From the IMG/VR virus record IMGVR_UViG_3300045988_151306: a DNA stretch of 16,477 nucleotides. One strand, written 5' to 3'. The stretch's first letter is position 1, and each line of letters begins with the position of its first letter. The notes beneath the pieces are model-generated. The model was not told the origin of the DNA. It saw only the letters and a list, made by a program, of their open reading frames with translations, and made no database searches. The stretch comes from a virus. This document shows, piece after piece, positions 1 through 8,472 of the stretch. The position numbers and the translations under genes were made by a program.

Positions 1-55
1 CACAAAGAAACCCCGCGCACCTGATCTAGCCGAGTCCAGGCACGCGGGGTTGGGA
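1..55. repeat. Left inverted terminal repeat (ITR), 55 bp, exact reverse complement of 16423..16477
   Basis: Positions 1-55 (cacaaagaaaccccgcgcacctgatctagccgagtccaggcacgcggggttggga) equal the reverse complement of the last 55 nt of the window. Identity breaks at position 56 (t vs a). An internal 9-bp inverted repeat (aaccccgcg/cgcggggtt) lies inside the ITR. Confidence 0.9.
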
Positions 56-207
56 TGGGATGGCCCTTCGTTAGTATATGCCTTCAAGCTTCAGGAATCT
101 AGCCTTGTGCAGAGATGGACCGTTTACAAGATCTTGTGCGAACTTCAAGGCAGCCTCGATGCAAGAGAACACACGGCAACTTGAGCCGGGTCGAATTTGA
201 ACATCAA

Positions 208-1620
208 TTACGCGCTATAGCTACATGATCCGCCTACACCACCCATGTTACCGCTTGCTCCGTAAATGGAAAGCTGACCCGATGAATCAATGAAACCGAC
301 CTTTGTTGAGGTGCCGCTATTTGTATAGCAAATATATGACGTATTTGTTGACGGTCTCGCCCAGCCCGGTGCTTGAGCGGATGCATAATTTGGAATGTCA
401 CCTCCGATTTGGAACGTGACGACTCCGTTTGATAATGTGAAGTTTGCAGGCGCGCCGGCAAAATTCACACACCCTTGTTCGAAGCGCCCGTTATACGATC
501 CTTCGATGCCCTGATAGAGAAAACCGGCAATTATTTTCGCGCCCTTTTCATTAGGGTGTATATCACTCGACGGAAAACAGTCTGTGCGCCCCTTCAACCA
601 CGTCCAAGCGTGGTTTAAAACTATAGCTTTAAAATTAGCAAGCTCGTTGCAAACATAACTGCATTCCAGTTTGTCATCGTTCGAAAGCGGAGTTGAGTCG
701 TAGAGATAAGGGGCAACCACAACTTTAGCGTCCGGCCAGTTGTTATTGATAACGCTGAAACAGTTATCAACCGCAGCTCTGGCCTGCTGCTCCGTGATGA
801 TGTCGTTTCGTCCTCCACATATAACGATCAAGTTAGGTTTAAGCTTATCGTTCGCGGCTTTCTGCAGCTGATTCTCAAACTTCTTGCCATTGACGTTCCA
901 TCCGGCGCCGCTGACACAATAATTGTGAAGCGTGCACCCGGGAATGAGCTTCGAGAGCTGGTAAGCCCAGGAGCGTTCTTGCGGCGTTATATCGCCATAT
1001 GAATCGCCGATAGTAAGCAGTACGGTTTTAGTATGCGTTTGTATATCGGCCAGGGCAGCTTGCACAGCGTTAGGCGTGATGCCACCGTCGGTCTGCGCTC
1101 CAACTGCGTTGTAGAGCTTTACGTGTCCGTAATTGGTGGAGTTGCCTACACCATACGTCGTTGCCGTGCTCGCATGGCTGATAGGCGCCTTAGTGCTAAC
1201 TTCCGTTCGGACTGCCTGCACAGCGTTGGGCGTGATGGCCCCGTCGGTCTGCGCTCCGACTGCGTTGTACAGCTTTACGTGGCCGTAATTGGTGGAGCTG
1301 CCCACTCCGTACGTCGTTGCCGTGCTCGCGTGGCTGATAGGTGCCTTGGTCGCAATGCCATTCGCGTTCTGCGTAATCCGCTCGTCAAACCGCGCCACCT
1401 CTGTTCGGTACTGTTCGATTTGAGCGTTATAGTTTCCCGTAAGAGCCCAGTATTCTTCATTAGAGATAAGAATTCCGGCTGGCACGAATTGACGAGACGT
1501 GTATGAATTGCCTTCGTTGTAGACAATCGTCAATGGCTCGTAACTCTTCGATGAATCCCACTGCAGAGGGTCTGCAAACAGGGGCACGTAACGCGCGCCG
1601 ATATATTGCGTGACTGCCAT
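208..1620 (-). CDS. Tail fibre / receptor-binding protein with C-terminal SGNH (GDSL) hydrolase domain and an internal 52-aa tandem duplication
   Basis: 470-aa ORF with ATG at 1620. SGNH blocks are present: LLTIGDSYGD (block I), VICGGRND (block III), SSDIHPNEKG (block V, DxxH). The N-terminus (QYIGARYVP...WDSS...YxxxSxxxVPAGI...EYWAL) resembles conserved virion-anchor N-termini of Gram-positive phage fibres. It is the last gene of the structural operon, in the position of the phi29 appendage genes. Confidence 0.65.
   Translation of the reverse strand: MAVTQYIGARYVPLFADPLQWDSSKSYEPLTIVYNEGNSYTSRQFVPAGILISNEEYWALTGNYNAQIEQYRTEVARFDERITQNANGIATKAPISHASTATTYGVGSSTNYGHVKLYNAVGAQTDGAITPNAVQAVRTEVSTKAPISHASTATTYGVGNSTNYGHVKLYNAVGAQTDGGITPNAVQAALADIQTHTKTVLLTIGDSYGDITPQERSWAYQLSKLIPGCTLHNYCVSGAGWNVNGKKFENQLQKAANDKLKPNLIVICGGRNDIITEQQARAAVDNCFSVINNNWPDAKVVVAPYLYDSTPLSNDDKLECSYVCNELANFKAIVLNHAWTWLKGRTDCFPSSDIHPNEKGAKIIAGFLYQGIEGSYNGRFEQGCVNFAGAPANFTLSNGVVTFQIGGDIPNYASAQAPGWARPSTNTSYICYTNSGTSTKVGFIDSSGQLSIYGASGNMGGVGGSCSYSA
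1039..1350. repeat. Two tandem copies of a 156-bp unit (52 aa each, TKAPISHASTATTYGVG[S/N]STNYGHVKLYNAVGAQTDG[A/G]ITPNAVQA...) inside the fibre gene
   Basis: Direct repeat units at 1195..1350 and 1039..1194 are about 90% identical by eye. The antisense ORF 1033..1506 is an artefact of this repeat. Confidence 0.85.
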
Positions 1621-1632
1621 TTTAAGTCGTTC

Positions 1633-1872
1633 CTATTCCGTATCGTCGCTATTACTCAGAGGCGTGTACAGGGTTACTTTGATTTTGTCGATGTTGGTAG
1701 TTGCGTCGTTAACTTTTGCAACCAGCTCGTTAACTTTTGTAGCCAGCTCGTTAATTTTGTCGACGTTGGTAGTTGCGTCGTTAACTTTTGCAACCAGCTC
1801 GTTAATTTTGTTGATTGCTTCAACGGTGGACGGCCTTAGATTTTTGCCGAACTTGATGGGTTGAATTGCCAT
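1633..1872 (-). CDS. Small coiled-coil repeat protein (fibre-associated or assembly protein, function unknown)
   Basis: 79 aa, ATG at 1872, preceded by AGAGAGAGG. Its start overlaps the TAA of the upstream gene (gttaacATG). A heptad-like repeat INELVAKVNDATTN(V/I)DKI occurs twice. Confidence 0.6.
   Translation of the reverse strand: MAIQPIKFGKNLRPSTVEAINKINELVAKVNDATTNVDKINELATKVNELVAKVNDATTNIDKIKVTLYTPLSNSDDTE
1683..1806. repeat. 72-bp periodic direct repeat (two near-identical 52-bp cores) within the small coiled-coil gene
   Basis: ttttgtcgatgttggtagttgcgtcgttaacttttgcaaccagctcgttaa recurs 72 bp later with 3 mismatches. Confidence 0.8.
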
Positions 1873-1873
1873 G

Positions 1874-2443
1874 TTAACCTCTCTCTGTTAGCGATGTATA
1901 AACGGTGTGTTGCAGCTCACGTATTTCGCTTTGCAGCTTTGCGATGTCTGCAGACGGGTCTTTAATCCCGTAATTAGGCGCGGTGTTGTCTATGACTCCT
2001 CGGCCCGATGTGTTGTATTTGAGCAAAAGTCTTCCGTAACTATCGGTGCCGTACACGGCGCCAGTGTCGAACGTGATGTCTGCCCATGAATCCGGCACGT
2101 AAGCGCAGAAACGGCCGTCGGATGTGAGTCCGAAGAAAACCATGTCGGCGAACGTATCCCACAATTGTAGAAGGTTGTCGTTGATCCACTGCTCTATCTG
2201 CGCGGCGTAGTAGTCTTCGAACCCGGACTCCATGAACTTATGCATAAGCTCTTGTAGCTCGGCGATCGCCTTGCTGTTCGCGTTCACCTGCGCGTCAGCC
2301 TCGTCGATGTGTCCGCGCAGGGCCTCGATGATGCAGTACAGATTGGCGATGAGTTGTTCTGGACTTTTGACCTCCCAATACAGCTTAGGAAGCGTCGGAT
2401 TCGTCAACATCCACGGATTAAATGGTGTAAGTGGGTTGTACAT
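1874..2443 (-). CDS. Putative tail fibre / appendage protein
   Basis: 189 aa, ATG at 2443 with GGGAGGTGA RBS. It sits downstream of the portal and collar candidates in phi29-like order. No motif was recognised with certainty. Confidence 0.45.
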   Translation of the reverse strand: MYNPLTPFNPWMLTNPTLPKLYWEVKSPEQLIANLYCIIEALRGHIDEADAQVNANSKAIAELQELMHKFMESGFEDYYAAQIEQWINDNLLQLWDTFADMVFFGLTSDGRFCAYVPDSWADITFDTGAVYGTDSYGRLLLKYNTSGRGVIDNTAPNYGIKDPSADIAKLQSEIRELQHTVYTSLTERG

Positions 2444-2511
2444 ATGCTTTCACCTCCCATCGGTTCCCATCATAGTATACACACTCGCGATCTGCGTCCA
2501 TGCGAGCCTCT

Positions 2512-3060
2512 TTACCACAGCGGTACGGTCGGAACCATAATTCCGGTGAACAGCACGTGCTCCAACTCGTCGAGGATCAATACGTCCACGTCGTTCCACG
2601 TTCGGGCGAATTGCACCGCGAGATTCGCGGCGTTGCCCTCGTGGATAACGTCCGCCTCGCGGTCATTGCCGGTCGATGCATAATCGGAGTTTCCGGAAAG
2701 CATCGTCTCGGGGAAGTCCGAGAAGATATCGCGCGACTTCGAGCGCTCGCGCCCGTCCTGAAACGGATTCACGCCCTGCTCAACGCGTTCATAGAGAAGC
2801 TTGTATTTCGGCATGATCTCGTTGAGCTTGCGCAGATACGCGCGTTTCCAGCGTGAGGGCGTGATGATGGACACCTCGCGGTCGTAGAAGCGGTTTAGGA
2901 ACTTGCGACAAAGCTGCGTGTATTGCAAATCGCTGTAAGCGTCGAAGCGCCAAGAATCATCCTCGAACGGCCGATAGAATCCCATTTCATACCACTCGCC
3001 AAGGGTGATCGTCATACCGTCGTAACGTGCGTTAGTGGGAACATCGGAAAAGTCGAACAT
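2512..3060 (-). CDS. Putative lower collar / tail tube protein (positional analogue of phi29 gp11)
   Basis: 182 aa from ATG at 3060 (MFDFSD...) with RBS GAGAGGAG 6 nt upstream. An alternative in-frame ATG at 3075 would overlap the portal gene. The function call rests on synteny only. Confidence 0.4.
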   Translation of the reverse strand: MFDFSDVPTNARYDGMTITLGEWYEMGFYRPFEDDSWRFDAYSDLQYTQLCRKFLNRFYDREVSIITPSRWKRAYLRKLNEIMPKYKLLYERVEQGVNPFQDGRERSKSRDIFSDFPETMLSGNSDYASTGNDREADVIHEGNAANLAVQFARTWNDVDVLILDELEHVLFTGIMVPTVPLW

Positions 3061-3061
3061 G

Positions 3062-3997
3062 TCAACTCCTCTCAATAAGCGTGTCGTAGCGGTGCCGCAT
3101 GTCGTAATTGTCGGTGATGTTGTCGCGCGCCCACACCACGGTCACAGGTTCCGTCAACCTGCCACCGAATCGCGCATTGAGCTTATCGCACGCGGCTCTG
3201 CGCGTGGTGAGCGGTGAAAGGCGCGCGAGCTCGGTCGGCTGCATGGTCGAGTTTACCTCGTCCTCGATCATGCGCTCTTCCTTGAATGGCATGGAGTCGA
3301 TGCCCAGCTCGCGGTAGATCGCATCCCACGTGTTAGCCCAGTCCTGCTGGAGTTTGTCCCCGATATACTCCTTGGCGCGCTCGGGCATGGTCGCGCTGGT
3401 CTGGATGTCGCTAAAGTTGTCATATGCGAGGACGAAAGGCTCGCCGTTGGCTATGTTCTTGTAGAAGTTCTGCACGTCGAATGCGCGGTCTTGCGGCCCG
3501 GTGATGACCAATGGCATGCGCATGTGATAACGGTTGATCTGCTTCGTGCGCATGATGTCGGTCAGCTCGCGCGCCCATATGTTAATCTTGACCATGAGCG
3601 GGTAGCGCGTCGAATTGTCCCAAATCCATACGCCGTTCGTCCAATTGCATAGAAAATCGGTCTTACCGGTCGCGCCAATCGCGCGCCATGCACGAGGCTC
3701 GTCGTACATGTTCGGCGCGCCCTGCTGCACGCATTTGAGCGATAAAAGCGTATCACTGGTGAGCGACGGATATGCGAGAGTTGCGGCTCCCTCAGTTAAT
3801 AGTACCCATTCCAGATAACGTTCGTTGCACGTCTCGGGGAGTCCCACCCAGCGGAAGCGCGATAGAGCAAGCTCGATAAGGTCGTTTTGGAACATGTTGA
3901 ACAACTGCTGGTTGTACGCTTCGGTTTGCCAGTACGTCGCTTGCTGTCCCGGCCTGAACGGTTTTTTCTGCTTGTAGCCCCTGCGGCCCTTGCTCAT
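3062..3997 (-). CDS. Head-tail connector / portal protein (phi29 gp10-like)
   Basis: 311 aa (phi29 gp10 is 309 aa). By-eye alignment to phi29 gp10: F-R-W-VGLPET vs FEWENLPPT, EERMIEDEVNSTMQPTE vs KKERMVTDEVSSNDEQIE, AACDKLNARFG vs EACEKINELYG. RBS AAGGAGGT lies 6 nt before the ATG at 3997. Confidence 0.85.
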   Translation of the reverse strand: MSKGRRGYKQKKPFRPGQQATYWQTEAYNQQLFNMFQNDLIELALSRFRWVGLPETCNERYLEWVLLTEGAATLAYPSLTSDTLLSLKCVQQGAPNMYDEPRAWRAIGATGKTDFLCNWTNGVWIWDNSTRYPLMVKINIWARELTDIMRTKQINRYHMRMPLVITGPQDRAFDVQNFYKNIANGEPFVLAYDNFSDIQTSATMPERAKEYIGDKLQQDWANTWDAIYRELGIDSMPFKEERMIEDEVNSTMQPTELARLSPLTTRRAACDKLNARFGGRLTEPVTVVWARDNITDNYDMRHRYDTLIERS

Positions 3998-3998
3998 T

Positions 3999-4262
3999 TT
4001 AGACCTCCTTGTAAACGATCTGCGCTTGCAAAGCGGCTTTCATGGATTCTAGCGCGTCGCGCTGCGCGGCTGTCTGCCTCTCTATAAGCGCCGTCATAAG
4101 CGCGTCGTGCGCTTGCGCATCTTTGCCCACGGTGGCCTCGCGTCGCGCGCGCTCGACCTTGTAGGCGATGAGCGCGTCGATCTCCGCGTCGCTCATGTTC
4201 TGGTACGTCCCGGCATTCAACAGTGCGTCGATGTCGGGTTTAGGCTCGATCAAGTCCGGCAT
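3999..4262 (-). CDS. Hypothetical small helical protein between tail knob and portal genes
   Basis: 87 aa, ATG at 4262 with strong RBS AAGGAGG. phi29 has no counterpart at this position. Confidence 0.55.
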   Translation of the reverse strand: MPDLIEPKPDIDALLNAGTYQNMSDAEIDALIAYKVERARREATVGKDAQAHDALMTALIERQTAAQRDALESMKAALQAQIVYKEV

Positions 4263-4271
4263 TTTTCCTCC

Positions 4272-6698
4272 TTAAAAGTTGTCGTAAATGCTAACGCGGC
4301 CTATCTCCTCGGGCTTGTCCCAAACGGTCACGCCCTTAATGAGTATATCCTTTACAGCGGCCTGCGCGCCCTCCACGACGTCACCGGTGCCGCTGCACCA
4401 TACCTCTGTGCATTTCCAATAGGTGAAGTGCCGCATGACCTGCATCCGCTCCATGCTCCACTCGCGCATGAGCGTGTATCCGTAGCGCGCGAAGGCCGAT
4501 GCCGCATTCATGATGTCGCATTCACGTTGCGTGACGATCTGCGCGAACAGCGCGCGCGGTGCGGTCGCGCTCGATCGTCCGTTTGCGCCTACGCCGAACT
4601 GCACCGGCGCCGCGACGCCCGCCTGCTTCAAACCGGCATTGATCGCGTCAATCGCGGTCGCGTACGCGCGCCCCGCATTCGCATCTCCAGTTTCCTTTGA
4701 ACGCCCCGCGTTTGCGTCTCCGGTGGACTTCGAGTTGTCCGCGTTGGTGCGCGTGAGCGTGGCGCTTGCGTTTGCGCTGTATGTGCTTGCGTCGTTGCGT
4801 ATGTTGGTGTTGCTGGTGGCCGTCTCGCTCTGAATGCCGTAAGTGGCCGCGGTGTACTGCATGGCGTGCAATGTCTTTTCAAGTGAGTTGGACTGCGCGA
4901 GCCCTGCGGCTCGAACGTTGCTCGATTGCGAGACCGCCGCAGCTGCGTTTGCAGACGGGAAAGATACTGCCATGTCGGTAACGCCGCTCACGGCTGCGGT
5001 CGTGGCTCCTGCAGCTCCGCCGAAAAGGCCCCCCGTGACCACGCTTCCGATGGTTCGCGCGGCTGCGGTCGCGTTGTTGTTCGCGGTGGTTATCGCGATA
5101 ACGTCGTTCTTGAGGTCCGCCATAGATGTCGATGTCGCGTTGTCGCTGTCGCAGTCTGCTTTCAGTTTTTGATTTGCGGCGGCGGCTCCATTTAAGGCCG
5201 CTGCGTTTGCGTTGGTCGTGATGGAGTTGTTCGCGTTTACGTTCACGCGGTTCACGTCGACGATGTTCGCGGCAACGTTGTTCGCGTTGGTTTGCGCGGT
5301 GGCGTTAGACGCAAGCGCGTTGGTGTACGCGGTCGCGTTAGATGCGAGCGCGGAGGCCTGCGCGTTGTCCGCTGCGAGCTTCGCATGAGCGCGGTTGTAC
5401 ACGGTCGTGTAATCGGCACGGCTCGCCGCGCTCTGCGTGACCTGCATGATGGGGAGGTTCCAGCTCTTAAGGTACTCACCCCAAGCACCGCCGAAGTCGT
5501 ACGTGCGGCCCTCCATCGTCTGAAACGTGAGGGTATCGGTCGCACCGGCGATGTCAAGCAAACGCGCGTCGATGGATATGTAGGGCATGATCAAGTTCAC
5601 GGCGCTCGCGATCTCGATGCCATGCGCGCCCAAGTCCTCCACACGCACGATGGAGGATCGCCCGCGCTCGTCGCTCACGCGGATCGCCGCGTAAGGGTAG
5701 GTATAGAGCTTTGCGAACGGGGCTGCTTGTGTTGGATAGCCGAAATCCGAAATACCCGGCCGCAAAAGCGGCTCGACCTTCTGTACCGCGTCGCACACGG
5801 TGACGGTCACTCCCCACATCGTTAAACCGCCTGACTGCGTGAGCAAGTCGGCGGGCGCGAAGAACACGCCCTGAATGGTCTGTTTGACCCACGGCGCGTT
5901 CTGCTCCATCGCGCGCAGGAACTTCTGCAGATCGCCCACCGCAACGGAATACACGCGAGACGCGAGGATACCCGACGTCTCCGGCTCGGAAAGCGCGGGC
6001 ACGGTCGGTGCGGATGCCGTGCCTAAATCGCCCTGCAGATCGCACGTTGTCGCGATGCACGCGCGCTGGGTCGCGGCGCTGTAATTCTTGACGGCGCGGC
6101 TGCGCTCGATGTAGGGTTCCCCACCGGTGTTCACGTCCGCCGTGAGCAGGTAGGTGGAATTGTCTTTCGGGTCGGCGAGGTAATCGGCGATGGGCGATGC
6201 CGCGACGGGGGCGTGCCCGCGTTCGAGCAGTATGTAATCGAATCGCATGTCATTGATGTAGGTGGTCCACATGTCCAGTTCGAGAACAAGGCGCGTGGAG
6301 TTCGGTGAGAGCTGCTGCGCGTCCAAAATGAAATAGAAGTAACGCGCCTTGCGCTCGCCGCTCGCGTGCTCGATGGGTTGCGCGTCGCTCGTCATGCGCG
6401 GGAGATCGACCACGATGTAATTGTAGACCTGCGCGGATGTCACCGGCACGGGTACCTTGGCGCTTCCATCGGGCTTGACGTTGAACATGGTCTCGAGATT
6501 CACCACGTCACCGGAAAGCGCGTCAAACCACTCATCGCGCTTGGCGTCGTTCTCGAACTTCACGACGTTCTCGTAATCCCCGCACCACGGGACATTGCAC
6601 ATTTTGAGTCGGGCGGTCGGCTTGAACCTCGAATAGTCGAACGTGTTTTCGTATGCGTACACGTCCACGTTTCCGAGATTAGGGAAATCCGCATTCAT
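4272..6698 (-). CDS. Tail knob protein (phi29 gp9-like) with a greatly expanded Ala/Asn/Thr/Ser/Gly-rich low-complexity region
   Basis: Similarity to phi29 gp9: YFYFILDAQ..LVLELDMWTTYINDMRFDYILLERGH vs [35 protein letters not shown], and C-terminal FARYGYTLMR / GVTVWDKPEEIG vs FHKYGYKINR / GITLWHTDNIG. The hydrophobic Gly/Ala loop IGSVVTGGLFGGAAGATTAAVSGV (about 4950..5060) corresponds to the gp9 membrane-active loop. Of two adjacent ATGs (6704, 6698), the second has correct AGGAGG spacing. Confidence 0.85.
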   Translation of the reverse strand: MNADFPNLGNVDVYAYENTFDYSRFKPTARLKMCNVPWCGDYENVVKFENDAKRDEWFDALSGDVVNLETMFNVKPDGSAKVPVPVTSAQVYNYIVVDLPRMTSDAQPIEHASGERKARYFYFILDAQQLSPNSTRLVLELDMWTTYINDMRFDYILLERGHAPVAASPIADYLADPKDNSTYLLTADVNTGGEPYIERSRAVKNYSAATQRACIATTCDLQGDLGTASAPTVPALSEPETSGILASRVYSVAVGDLQKFLRAMEQNAPWVKQTIQGVFFAPADLLTQSGGLTMWGVTVTVCDAVQKVEPLLRPGISDFGYPTQAAPFAKLYTYPYAAIRVSDERGRSSIVRVEDLGAHGIEIASAVNLIMPYISIDARLLDIAGATDTLTFQTMEGRTYDFGGAWGEYLKSWNLPIMQVTQSAASRADYTTVYNRAHAKLAADNAQASALASNATAYTNALASNATAQTNANNVAANIVDVNRVNVNANNSITTNANAAALNGAAAANQKLKADCDSDNATSTSMADLKNDVIAITTANNNATAAARTIGSVVTGGLFGGAAGATTAAVSGVTDMAVSFPSANAAAAVSQSSNVRAAGLAQSNSLEKTLHAMQYTAATYGIQSETATSNTNIRNDASTYSANASATLTRTNADNSKSTGDANAGRSKETGDANAGRAYATAIDAINAGLKQAGVAAPVQFGVGANGRSSATAPRALFAQIVTQRECDIMNAASAFARYGYTLMREWSMERMQVMRHFTYWKCTEVWCSGTGDVVEGAQAAVKDILIKGVTVWDKPEEIGRVSIYDNF

Positions 6699-6710
6699 GA
6701 ACATACCTCC

Positions 6711-6752
6711 TTAACAAAAGCGCCCCCGCTCACGCATGAGCAGGGGCGCGCG
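6711..6752 (-). terminator. Intrinsic terminator immediately downstream of the major capsid gene, abutting the tail-knob RBS
   Basis: Minus-strand RNA: 12-bp GC-rich stem (one G.U) cgccccugcuca-ugcg-ugagcgggggcg followed by cuuuuguuAAGGAGG. Confidence 0.6.
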
Positions 6753-6778
6753 GCCTATGACCGGATTATACACGCATT

Positions 6779-8155
6779 CTATGCGATGGTGATGTCAACG
6801 GTCGCGGTGTACTTGCTCGTCGCGCCGGACGGATTCACGTAAGACGTGGTGCCGGTGACGTGCAGGACGTTGTTCGCCTCCAGATCGGACTTCTGCACGT
6901 GCAGCACGCCCAGACGATCGACGCGCGTCGCGGAGTTGAGCGCAAGCGGTTCGCCCTCGCTCGCCGCGGTCTCGCCTGAAACGCTCCACGTCACCGCGTC
7001 TGGCGCAACCTCGATGCCCTCGTCATTCGCGGTTACGGTGCCGGTGAGCTCCACGGTCATCTGCGTGGACTCGCCCGGCTTAAGGCTGGTCTTGGCAGCG
7101 GTGATGTTCACGCCGGTGACGGACTGCGTGATGGTGGAGACGGTGGTAGGCGCGTCGGTAGTGAACAGGATCGCAGGGACGAACGGGGACGCGCTCACGA
7201 CCTCCCAGTGGTGCAGGTAGTAGTTCGTGCTGAGGGTCTGAGGATTGTAGAAAGACTCGTTCGCGTAGACGTAGTCGTTGCAGACAAAGAAATTATCGGT
7301 GGTGAGCAGGGCGAAGGCGTTGGGGATGGGAAGCTCGGGAACCTCGATGGTGCGGTATGCGGCCTCGGCCTTGTCCAGATTGAACACGCTCGCGAGGGTG
7401 TCGACGTCGATGGAAGCGGCTGCGTCCGCGGTGATGAAAAGCACGAGCTCCTCGGGCTTGGCGAAGGTGGGAATGCCGTACTCGGCGGACACGGGGGAGT
7501 AAAGCGACGTCGGGAACTTAAGCTTCTTGGCGTAGGCGCGAACCGCCTTCAGGAACTCCTTACCGGTCGCCTCGTCGGTCGGGGCGGCGCTCACCTGATG
7601 CTTGTAGAAACCCCAGTTCCGCTCGTAATATGCGAGCTGGTTGAGCATGCACAGGTACTCGTCGTAATTGTCTGAATTGCGCGGAGCGGTCATGATCGCG
7701 TCGATGAGGCGGTTCAGGCCCATCTCGTCGGCGAAAGCCTGCTGCAGATCGGGGAGCTCGACGCTGATGTCGTAACGGTCCTTGCGGTTGACGGTGTGAT
7801 ACCACACTGCGGCCTCGGGGCGGCTCACCTTAAGCAGCGTTGCATCGTCCACGTCGTAGGTGTGCGCCTTGATCCACTTGAGCGCGGACTCCTGAATGGC
7901 CGAACCGTAGCGGAGATTTGCGCCCTTGAAGACGGTGAGCGGATTCTCCCACTGGTTGTTATGCACGATCTGCGTGCCGATGCGATTGACGAAAGCGTCC
8001 ACGAACTCGTTCAGATAACGTCGGTTCATGGGGTCGAAAAGAAACTTGCTGGTCGCGTCGATGCCCTCGATGGTCGGGTTCGGCACGCGCTGCTGAAAAT
8101 CGTTGGTGCCGGAAAGGTACACGCGGCCCGCGATGGTGGTGTTGTTGGTTGCCAT
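6779..8155 (-). CDS. Major capsid protein (phi29 gp8-like) with C-terminal BIG2 Ig-like domain
   Basis: 458 aa (phi29 gp8 is about 448 aa). Matches to gp8: [10 protein letters not shown] vs [26 protein letters not shown] vs [35 protein letters not shown] vs [31 protein letters not shown] vs YWNYYYHVWQTLS. The C-terminus [27 protein letters not shown]...VTWSVSG is a Big_2-type fold. RBS AAGGAGGG is present. Confidence 0.85.
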   Translation of the reverse strand: [458 protein letters not shown]

Positions 8156-8169
8156 GTAAAGTTCCCTCC

Positions 8170-8472
8170 TTAAAGGTCAAGGTCAAGCTCGTCGTAATCG
8201 GGGATGACCGCCACGTCGTCCTCGATGATGTCAGCATCCCCATCACCGTCAACATCGCGCACGCTCGCTCCGTTGTCGATGTCGATTGCCTCGGCGGTTG
8301 TTCGCATTGCGGTGAGCATGTCGGTGATGCCCTGCAACATCCCTTCCATGCGCTCTAGCCGGTCGCGCAAATCGTCGAACTCGCCAATGCGGTGGGCTTC
8401 CTCGCCGTCAACGCCTGCGGTCCGCTCGATCTCCTGCTCATCCGGGGCCAGATTGTCATTCTGCTCGTCCAT
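8170..8472 (-). CDS. Head scaffolding protein (phi29 gp7-like)
   Basis: 100 aa from ATG at 8472 (RBS AAAGGAG). Highly acidic and helical, immediately upstream of the capsid gene (gp7 is 98 aa). The ORF-track start at 8592 lacks an RBS and would consume the regulatory gap. Confidence 0.65.
   Translation of the reverse strand: MDEQNDNLAPDEQEIERTAGVDGEEAHRIGEFDDLRDRLERMEGMLQGITDMLTAMRTTAEAIDIDNGASVRDVDGDGDADIIEDDVAVIPDYDELDLDL

Noticed and set aside
1033-1506. 157-aa plus-strand ORF with internal repeats
   Set aside because: It is antisense to the SGNH fibre gene and exists only because of the 2x156-bp repeat. No RBS. The minus-strand gene carries recognisable SGNH motifs.
1039-1806. Possible CRISPR array suggested by regularly spaced direct repeats
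   Set aside because: The repeats are 156 bp and 72 bp, in-frame, and encode repeated peptide units. There are no short repeat/unique-spacer alternations and no cas genes.
1606-1864. Two overlapping plus-strand ORFs (77 and 84 aa) with repetitive sequence
   Set aside because: Antisense shadows of the 72-bp-repeat coiled-coil gene. The minus-strand ORF has an RBS and stop/start coupling to its neighbours.
4107-6084. Many 60-200-aa ORFs on both strands inside the tail-knob gene region (for example 4107..4700+, 5292..5825+, 5554..6060-)
   Set aside because: Typical GC-rich spurious ORFs, Arg/Pro-rich and without RBS, fully nested in a gene with clear phi29 gp9 homology.
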